Shown here: positions 7,767 to 14,025 of the stretch, piece after piece
Position numbering within the stretch: the stretch's first letter is position 1
Layout: each line of letters starts with the position of its first letter
Origin: Candidatus Asgardarchaeum abyssi
GTDB lineage: Archaea > Asgardarchaeota > Asgardarchaeia > Asgardarchaeales > Asgardarchaeaceae
Length of the DNA: 14,025 nucleotides
NCBI GenBank assembly: GCA_040225955.1
Contig: JBECUL010000051.1
Coordinates: 1-14,025 of the forward strand
Reading direction: 5' to 3'
Program-made: the position numbers and the translations under genes
Notes under the pieces: model-generated
Seen by the model: the letters and a program-made list of their open reading frames with translations, nothing else
Told to the model about the DNA's origin: nothing
Databases searched by the model: none

Positions 7767-7779
7767 AATTTTAATTTTA

Positions 7780-8655
7780 TTAGAAAAGAAAACTTACAAT
7801 GTGTGTTATTAATTCATATACGCCAAGGAAAGCTAATCCTAGAAAAATAGCAATAGGCAGACCTGGTAACATTTTCTCTCGCTGAAGAAAATAAAATGTT
7901 AACATACTTCCTATTAATACCCCTAAAAGTGAGGCAAATGCTTCTATCAAACCAAAGTATACAGTTATATGAGAAACTAATAGTGTGTAGAAAACGAGAT
8001 CTCCTAGTCCTAACTGCCAATTACTGGCTGTATATCCAAGAAAAGGCAATTCTTCTTCGCCCTCTTTTGAATCAATAATATTAATAATTGTTTTTATAGG
8101 GCCTTTTTTAACAGCAAAGATATCATATAATGACATACCGATTAATATTGCAATAACGGACCATGTTGGGATATTAAATCCTAAAAAGAAACCAAGGATG
8201 CTCCCTAAAAAGATCATTATAATATTTCGGATTTCTAGGGGGATTTTGGAGGATACTGCACTTAATGAAATTATAGTACTCAATATTAAGGAAGAAAATA
8301 AGTATATAACTTCTAACAATTCATTCTCTGGAAATATACTCACAAATAAGTAAAGTGTTATTATAAATGAAGAGAAAAAGAATGCGCCACCCATTAGCAA
8401 TTTGAAGAACAAAAATTTATTCTTTCTTAAAAGGTAAACTATTAGATATGCCGTCAATAGACTGATCAATACATAGAAGATAGCATTAAGTCCTGATGCT
8501 ACAATTCCTTGCTCTTTTTCAGAAAATGGAACAGCTTCAAGTGGGCTTTGTCTAAATTTTATATAATATGCGAAAATTAATCCAAGAAAAGATGAAATAG
8601 TAATGGGAACTATTGGTTCAAAAATATTAATTTTCGTGATGGAATTATTAGACAA
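7780..8655 (-). CDS. Presenilin-family (A22) intramembrane aspartyl protease
   Basis: Multi-TM protein with catalytic LYDIFAV (YD), LGLGDLVFY (GxGD) and PAL-equivalent LPGLP. SD AAGGAGG precedes the TTG start. Confidence 0.92.
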   Translation of the reverse strand: MSNNSITKINIFEPIVPITISSFLGLIFAYYIKFRQSPLEAVPFSEKEQGIVASGLNAIFYVLISLLTAYLIVYLLRKNKFLFFKLLMGGAFFFSSFIITLYLFVSIFPENELLEVIYLFSSLILSTIISLSAVSSKIPLEIRNIIMIFLGSILGFFLGFNIPTWSVIAILIGMSLYDIFAVKKGPIKTIINIIDSKEGEEELPFLGYTASNWQLGLGDLVFYTLLVSHITVYFGLIEAFASLLGVLIGSMLTFYFLQREKMLPGLPIAIFLGLAFLGVYELITHIVSFLF

Positions 8656-8827
8656 CCTAGGGCCTCCTTATACTTAATATTACATTGCATTTTCGTGAAC
8701 TAATAAATTCTTTATTTCATATAAATAAATTAAGAAAAAGACAATTAAAACTTGCGTGTTGATGAAAATAATTGATATGAAACAATGACTATTATATGGA
8801 AAAAATCAAAAAATAATTTTAGATTTA

Positions 8828-9022
8828 TCAGATATATACGATTTTAATATCTAAGGCTTTTAAGAGTCCCTCTGCAGTTTTAGGGTCTGTTTTTAACGTA
8901 TATAAATACTTTCTAGTTCTAAGCTTTAATTTAACAACATCTCCACTTCTTTTTACTCTACATTCCAATGCTCGTTTAGCTAATTCAAGAAATTCCTTTG
9001 TATCAAATATCTCCTTCGGCAT
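8828..9022 (-). CDS. rpl38e: 50S ribosomal protein L38e
   Basis: MPKEI...EFLELA.R...RVKR...VKLKLRTRKYLYTL matches eL38. Start ATG 9022, alternative ATG 9040. Confidence 0.9.
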   Translation of the reverse strand: MPKEIFDTKEFLELAKRALECRVKRSGDVVKLKLRTRKYLYTLKTDPKTAEGLLKALDIKIVYI

Positions 9023-9049
9023 ATGTATCACAACTTCCATGATATTATA

Positions 9050-9152
9050 TGGGCGGGCCCGGACTTGAACCGGGGACCTCCGCCGTGTTTGCCCACCTAA
9101 CCCAATAGGGTCAGATTGAGGGCGGCGTCATGCCAGGCTAGACCACCCGCCC
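9050..9152 (-). tRNA. tRNA-Val(CAC) with a 29-nt intron (9089-9117) at non-canonical position 34/35
   Basis: Acceptor GGGCGGG/CCCGCCC+A, anticodon stem CCGCC/GGCGG, short variable loop, T arm CCCGG-TTCAAGT-CCGGG. Removing 9089-9117 gives a 74-nt tRNA with loop CT-CAC-AC. Confidence 0.9.
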
Positions 9153-9153
9153 A

Positions 9154-9312
9154 CTAATGACTACCTCTCTTCTTTAATCTAAGGCGGGTACTCTTACAAC
9201 GTCGACATTTTTTAGCGGAAATAGGGTTTCGAGCATAACACTTTCGACAAATTTTATAATTTAGTAAATGATACAGTGCAAGTTCTCGTTTATACTGGTC
9301 TGTAACTGGCAT
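9154..9312 (-). CDS. rpl40e: 50S ribosomal protein L40e
   Basis: KICRKCYARNP..A.KCRRC.ST.LRLKK. SD GGTGA lies 5 nt before ATG 9312. Confidence 0.96.
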   Translation of the reverse strand: MPVTDQYKRELALYHLLNYKICRKCYARNPISAKKCRRCKSTRLRLKKRGSH

Positions 9313-9567
9313 TATTATCACCACTCTATTAAGTAAAAGTATGCCAAGAAAAATTTTACATAACATATTAAAAATCTTACGATTTTGAGTAAAGCTTTTA
9401 GATTTAATTTTTTAAAGCATCTTGATATATATTAAAAATAATAATTCAAGTAGTAATAGTAAGTTCTAATAGTATCCAACTCCGAGTTGTTTTAAATGGC
9501 ATCCTCCCGATGTTTACTTTTTAATATGATTAAAATGAATAGATTATGAAAATTGGTTGTGGTTTAG

Positions 9568-10236
9568 ATGAAGAAATTAAAGAAAAGAAGAGCCGCTATA
9601 CCTTTAACCATTTCACAAATCTTACAAGCAGAGTATCGCACAGGGGATAAGGAAAGTTATTTGATACTACCTAATAAGAAAATTGTTTATAAACTACGTA
9701 TTGTTGGAACAATTATAAATAAGAGCTTTTATCCAGGTAGCGATAATAAAAAAGATTTTGCCTTCCTAGATATTGAAGATTTAAGTGGAACTATTAGAGT
9801 TAAACTTTGGGGTACATTGGCTATTAAGGTAAATGACAACATAGATGTAGGAGACGTTGTAATGGTAATAGGGAAGCCAAAAAAAATAACTGATAAGGAT
9901 CAGTTATTCATTTCTGCAGAAATTATAAGGAAACTGTCTAATATAATTTGGGAGGTTTATAATGAAATTGAGTCCTATGAAAAGTTAAATATTAAATTTC
10001 ATCAGAAAATCACTACTGAGGTTACAGAATCTTCGGAGGATTTATACCTTGTTATGCAGAAAATTATAGATATTATTAAAGAACATGATATTAATAAACC
10101 AGTATCTCTTGATCTTATAAAAAGAATATTAAGGAATACATCAGAAAAAGTAATTTTGGAAGCAATAAATTCATTAATAGAAAGTGGTGAGATATACGAG
10201 ATATCAGATAATGAATATAAAATTGTTGAGGGTTGA
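9568..10236 (+). CDS. Replication protein A subunit RPA32/RPA2-like (OB fold + C-terminal winged helix)
   Basis: OB fold RIVGTII...IEDLSGTIRVKLW...GDVVMVIGK, followed by a winged-helix tail EAINSLIESGEIYE....YKIV. Confidence 0.8.
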   Translation: MKKLKKRRAAIPLTISQILQAEYRTGDKESYLILPNKKIVYKLRIVGTIINKSFYPGSDNKKDFAFLDIEDLSGTIRVKLWGTLAIKVNDNIDVGDVVMVIGKPKKITDKDQLFISAEIIRKLSNIIWEVYNEIESYEKLNIKFHQKITTEVTESSEDLYLVMQKIIDIIKEHDINKPVSLDLIKRILRNTSEKVILEAINSLIESGEIYEISDNEYKIVEG

Positions 10237-10239
10237 CTG

Positions 10240-10668
10240 ATGGCAAAAGATAAAGTGGATTTGTATGACTATATGAGCCTTTTAAAAAGAGCTAGAAGTA
10301 TGATTCCACCAAAAGTATTAGAAAAAAGAAGATTCGAAATTCCAAAAGCAAGTGTGGCTATTCAAGGTAATAAGACAATTATTATAAATTTTAAATCTAT
10401 ATGTGATGCATTTAATAGAGAGCCACGGCATGTTTTAAAATATTTATTAAGAGAACTAGCAACCGCAGGGATTATTGAAGAGGGACGAGTAATATTCCAA
10501 GGTAAGTTCAGTGGAACTGCTATAAACAATCTTATTAAAAGATATGCTGAGATATACGTGATGTGTCCTATCTGTCATAAACCAGATACGAAGATTGTTA
10601 AAGAAGGTAAATTCTCGTTTCTTGTATGTGAAGCTTGTGGAGCTAAAACTCCTGTAAAAACACTTTAA
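10240..10668 (+). CDS. eif2b: Translation initiation factor aIF2 subunit beta
   Basis: RFEIP, GNKTII.NF, LLRELATAG, and zinc finger CPICHKPDT...CEACGA. Confidence 0.97.
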   Translation: MAKDKVDLYDYMSLLKRARSMIPPKVLEKRRFEIPKASVAIQGNKTIIINFKSICDAFNREPRHVLKYLLRELATAGIIEEGRVIFQGKFSGTAINNLIKRYAEIYVMCPICHKPDTKIVKEGKFSFLVCEACGAKTPVKTL

Positions 10669-10763
10669 TTTGTAATTATTCATACATAGTTTTTATATAG
10701 TGTAGAACAAAAATTATCGATAAGTGCATTTTAAATTATTACTCACAAAGTTATGGTGTGGTT

Positions 10764-11072
10764 ATGGTGCCCCAAGTCTATCTTAAGGTTATGTATCATG
10801 GAAATGAAGTAGTTGTAGCAGTTTGTGATAAGGAAATTCTTGGTAAAACCTTTAAAGAGGGTGAACTTAAAATCCATGTTAGTGAAAAATTCTATAAGGG
10901 AGATTTAGTCGAAATTGAGGATGCAATAAATGCTATAGAAAGGGCTACTATCGCTAATTTAGTAGGAGAAAAAATTGTTGCGAGAGCTGTTAAAGAAGGG
11001 TTATTGCATAAAGATAGTGTGATTTATATTCAAGGAATCCCGCATGTACAAATAGTAAAAATAATGTTTTAG
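10764..11072 (+). CDS. DUF424 family protein
   Basis: VAVCD.EILGK.FKEG.L...V.E.FY.G, ATIANLVG..V..A, I.GIPHVQ. Typical neighbour of aIF2-beta and nmd3. Alternative start GTG 10758. Confidence 0.9.
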   Translation: MVPQVYLKVMYHGNEVVVAVCDKEILGKTFKEGELKIHVSEKFYKGDLVEIEDAINAIERATIANLVGEKIVARAVKEGLLHKDSVIYIQGIPHVQIVKIMF

Positions 11073-11085
11073 AGGAAATAAGAGC

Positions 11086-12159
11086 ATGCCACAAATCTTT
11101 TGTCCAATATGCGGAAAAAAAGTAATAAGCCCCAACCAACTTATCAATGGTGTATGCGCAAACTGTTTCTTAAATAAGATAAAGTTATTTGTAGAGCCTA
11201 ATGCTATAAAATTTTGTAATTATTGTGGTGCTGTTTTTCTGTCTGGAAAATGGGTTCGAAAATATGATTCATTTGATAAGTTAGTTTCGAATTACATTAT
11301 TTCATTTTATAAGAAACATTTATCCAAATTGGAATTAGATGCCGAAGTAAATATAGTTCCGCATGGATTAAAGCGGGTATCCAAAGCAAAATTCGCATAT
11401 ATTGCCACATTAGAAATCTTTAATTTTAAAAATCCTGCTTTGGCTAAGATGAAACAAGTATCTGAAATTAAACTACCCATTGAACTTACTACATGTGATA
11501 GATGTCAAAAAATCTTTACTGGTCAGTTTGAAGCCATTTTACAAGTAAGAAAATTCGGTGAACCTCTATCTCCAAATGATATAATGATTATTAAGGATGA
11601 AGTAAATAAAGTAATTAGATACAAATTTTCTGATCCCTCGGCATTTATCTCCGATATAAAAGAAAAGAAAACATTTATTGAGTTTAAAGTTGGATCCAAC
11701 TCTATCGCAAAAGCTATAGCAAATCATTTTAAAAGGTTTTTTAACGCGAAAATAGTATTTACCGCTAAATTAGTAAGTCTAAAAGAAGGAAAGCGAATTT
11801 ACCGAGTTACTGCCAAAATAGATTTACCTATTTTTTCTAAGAGAGACGTGGTTATAGTTGATGACAAATATATTGGTTTAGTGCATTCAATAACGAATAA
11901 ATACATTTTGATAAAGGACTTGATCGAAAAACGAACAATAAAAGTCTATGTGAATGAGTTATATAGGGTGAGAAGAGTTAATAACGATGAAATTCAAAGA
12001 TATCAAGTTATATCTATTTCTCCCAAAATTGTTCAGATTATGGATTTAGAGTCTTATGATATCTATGAAATTGATAACAGCAATATATTTGCTAATATAA
12101 AAGTCGGTGATGTAGTAAAAGGCATAATTTTTAATAATCGTATTGTTATTTTACCATAA
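11086..12159 (+). CDS. nmd3: NMD3 family large-subunit biogenesis factor
   Basis: Four CxxC pairs (CPIC, CANC, CNYC, CDRC), FEAILQVR, and a C-terminal beta-rich region with QIMDLESYD. Confidence 0.92.
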   Translation: MPQIFCPICGKKVISPNQLINGVCANCFLNKIKLFVEPNAIKFCNYCGAVFLSGKWVRKYDSFDKLVSNYIISFYKKHLSKLELDAEVNIVPHGLKRVSKAKFAYIATLEIFNFKNPALAKMKQVSEIKLPIELTTCDRCQKIFTGQFEAILQVRKFGEPLSPNDIMIIKDEVNKVIRYKFSDPSAFISDIKEKKTFIEFKVGSNSIAKAIANHFKRFFNAKIVFTAKLVSLKEGKRIYRVTAKIDLPIFSKRDVVIVDDKYIGLVHSITNKYILIKDLIEKRTIKVYVNELYRVRRVNNDEIQRYQVISISPKIVQIMDLESYDIYEIDNSNIFANIKVGDVVKGIIFNNRIVILP

Positions 12160-12184
12160 TACAAATACAAATTGGGTGATTTAC

Positions 12185-12514
12185 ATGTCAGATGAAGAAG
12201 ATATTAATAAATTATTTGAGGTTATGGGTGAAACTCAAAGAAAAATAAGACTACCGGGAGAAGGCGAAGTCCTTGGTATTGTAATTCAAATGCTAGGCTA
12301 TGATAGAGCAAGAGTTAGATGCACAGATGGAAAAGTCAGACTATGTAGAATTCCAGGGAAGATGAAAAAGCGCATATGGATAAGAGAAGGAGACGCTGTC
12401 CTTATAGCTCCATGGGATTTCCAGGATGATAGAGGGGATATTATTTGGAGATACAGTAAAAATGAAGCAAGATGGCTTGAAGAGAACGGATATCTGCAGG
12501 TTGAGGAATTTTGA
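12185..12514 (+). CDS. eif1a: Translation initiation factor aIF1A
   Basis: RLPGEGEVLG.V.QMLG, C.DGK.RLCRIPGKMKKRIWIREGD.V...PWDFQ..RGDI.WRY. SD GGGTGA precedes ATG 12185. Confidence 0.97.
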   Translation: MSDEEDINKLFEVMGETQRKIRLPGEGEVLGIVIQMLGYDRARVRCTDGKVRLCRIPGKMKKRIWIREGDAVLIAPWDFQDDRGDIIWRYSKNEARWLEENGYLQVEEF

Positions 12515-13332
12515 AAGATAATTTTATTAAATCCAAAAAATTGAGGATTTTAGAGGAAAAATTGAATCATTTAAGACAAAAATTTAGAGATAAGAATGAT
12601 TTTAAAACAGTTGAAGCTGTCTTTGACTCTAAAACCCTTCTAGCGCTTTATAAATTATTTAATGATGGATATTTAGACATTCTAAATGGTGTGATTTCTA
12701 CTGGCAAGGAAGCTAATGTTTATTGGGGTGTAACTCCAGAGGGACAAGATGTTGCCGTTAAGATTTATAGAATTTCAACTCTTGATTTTAAGAATTTCTT
12801 AAAGTATATAGAGGGTGATCCTCGTTTTTTATCCATAGGGAAGAAAATTCACACGAGAATTTATTTATGGGCACAAAAAGAATTTAAAAACCTAACAATA
12901 GCTAAGAAAGTAGGTGCTCATGTACCAACCCCTGTAACAGTTTATAAGAATATTCTTATTATGGAATTTATAGGAGAAAATGGTCTTCCAGCTCCACTTT
13001 TAAAAGATTATCTTCCTAAAAACCCTGAAAAAATATTAGAAATAGTTTTATCTGATATTGAAAAATTATATGTGAAAGGACATTTAGTACATGCAGATTT
13101 AAGTGAGTATAACATCTTAGTTCATAAAGAAATTCCATATATCATAGACATCGCACAAGGTGTTAACATACAGCATCCTAATGCATTAAATTTCTTAGTC
13201 AGGGACATAAGGAACATCCTGAGATTCTTCAGAGAAGAGGCAGGTATAGATGTCCCTGATATAGCAGACGTCTTTATGAAAATAACGGGGTTGAATCTAT
13301 ATGAATTTCCCGACCTATGTGAAGATACCTAA
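12511..13332 (+). CDS. rio1: RIO1 serine kinase/ATPase
   Basis: ISTGKEANVY, AVKIY, LIMEFIG, HADLSEYNIL and IIDIAQ. The TTG start overlaps the aIF1A stop (TTGA). Confidence 0.96.
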   Translation: MKDNFIKSKKLRILEEKLNHLRQKFRDKNDFKTVEAVFDSKTLLALYKLFNDGYLDILNGVISTGKEANVYWGVTPEGQDVAVKIYRISTLDFKNFLKYIEGDPRFLSIGKKIHTRIYLWAQKEFKNLTIAKKVGAHVPTPVTVYKNILIMEFIGENGLPAPLLKDYLPKNPEKILEIVLSDIEKLYVKGHLVHADLSEYNILVHKEIPYIIDIAQGVNIQHPNALNFLVRDIRNILRFFREEAGIDVPDIADVFMKITGLNLYEFPDLCEDT

Positions 13333-13870
13333 AGCTAGAATAGGAGTCTTAATAGGTAAGAAGGGAAGAGTAAAGAGGGAAATAGAGCGTCTAACACAAA
13401 CAAAATTAGAAGTAAATAGTGAGGACGGCCAAGTAAAAATAACTTTAAGAGAAGATGCTATAGATCCTCTAGGGCTATTAAAAGAAAAAGCAATCGTACA
13501 GGCTATCGGTAGAGGATTTAATCCTGAGAAGGCCATGAGGCTAATTGAAGATGATACAGTTATGGAAATAATTAATATTGAGGATTTTGCATCAACAAAA
13601 AACAGTCTAATAAGGCTAAAGGGACGAATTATTGGTGAAAATGGCAGAGCCAGAAGAATTATTGAGGAGGCAACAGGAGCGGATATATCAATATATGGTC
13701 ATACAGTAGCTATTATTGGTACTGTAGATGAAGTTTATGCTGCTAAACAAGCAATTTTAATGCTTTTAAAAGGAGCTCAACATGGAACGGTATATAAATT
13801 TCTAAGACGGTATAAATATAACTTGCGAAAAAGAGAGCTAGAGCGTTTAAGCAGACGCGAAACACTCTAA
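13301..13870 (+). CDS. dim2: KH-domain pre-rRNA processing protein Dim2/Pno1
   Basis: Two KH GxxG loops (VLIGKKG, RIIGENG), AIGRGF.PE.A, and G..HGTVY.FL. Conserved position after rio1. Confidence 0.93.
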   Translation: MNFPTYVKIPKARIGVLIGKKGRVKREIERLTQTKLEVNSEDGQVKITLREDAIDPLGLLKEKAIVQAIGRGFNPEKAMRLIEDDTVMEIINIEDFASTKNSLIRLKGRIIGENGRARRIIEEATGADISIYGHTVAIIGTVDEVYAAKQAILMLLKGAQHGTVYKFLRRYKYNLRKRELERLSRRETL

Positions 13871-13956
13871 TTTCTGTTTATTAATGTTGTTGTAATGTAT
13901 TATATAAGTGTAAAACTTCTAAATAAAAATGAAGGATGCAACTTTTTTATCATATC

Positions 13957-14025
13957 TCAACATCCCTCCTTAATCAATTTATTATTCAATGGAGTTCCTT
14001 TTTTAATATCTATTTTTTCTTTTTT
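13957..14025 (-). CDS. Possible 3' end of a convergent gene entering from the right (…KKEKIDIKKGTPLNNKLIKEGC*)
   Basis: Open frame from the window edge to TGA at 13959-13957. DIKKGTPL...LI resembles the C-terminal SAF/AFP-like domain of NeuB/PseI synthases, but only 22 aa are visible. Confidence 0.3.
   Translation of the reverse strand, partial: KKEKIDIKKGTPLNNKLIKEGC

Noticed and set aside
8759-8800. C/D box sRNA candidate (TTGATGA)
   Set aside because: No CTGA D box at a suitable distance and no terminal stem.
8828-8840. HbYX-like C-terminus (VYI) on L38e near the PAC2 gene
   Set aside because: A three-residue match is likely chance in a ribosomal protein.
9050-9152. Reading the intron-containing tRNA as Leu(CAA) or as a TCA selenocysteine/opal suppressor
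   Set aside because: There is no long variable arm, TCA is out of register with the anticodon stem, and the BHB geometry gives CAC on a Val-type body.
9477-9514. Short dyads CAACTC-C-GAGTTG and GGCATC-CTCCC-GATGTT in the rpl40e/RPA divergent gap
   Set aside because: Too short and unrepeated to support an operator or ncRNA call.
157-13536. Short shadow ORFs (157-366, 563-748, 1926-2198, 2760-2981, 3976-4161, 6937-7128, 7814-8020, 7896-8078, 10456-10683, 13315-13536)
   Set aside because: They are antisense or out-of-frame within better-supported genes and show no motifs.
1-14025. CRISPR array or defence system
   Set aside because: No regularly spaced direct repeats and no cas or defence-like ORFs were seen.

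Overview
AT-rich archaeal core-genome segment, probably TACK/Asgard (inferred from rpl38e, a presenilin-type protease, an OB+winged-helix RPA32 and GGTGA-type Shine-Dalgarno sites). It is dominated by RNA-processing, translation and ribosome-biogenesis genes: nep1, RNase P Rpp21, trm5, rpl38e, rpl40e, aIF2-beta, DUF424, nmd3, aIF1A, rio1 and dim2/pno1. It also carries a nucleotide-sugar dehydrogenase, DUF371, pcm, fen1, a PAC2 proteasome chaperone, a presenilin homologue and three tRNAs (Gly-TCC, Lys-CTT, and Val-CAC with an intron that splits the anticodon at 34/35). The ORF track misses three miniature inverted-repeat elements from two unrelated families: a 142-bp element with an exact 8-bp TSD (1501-1642), and a 139-bp CAGTAC-ended ISH3-like element (7628-7766) with a second, truncated, inverted copy at 1-74. 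All three end exactly 14 nt upstream of a TTTAA TATA-like box of the next gene, which hints at promoter-anchored insertion.
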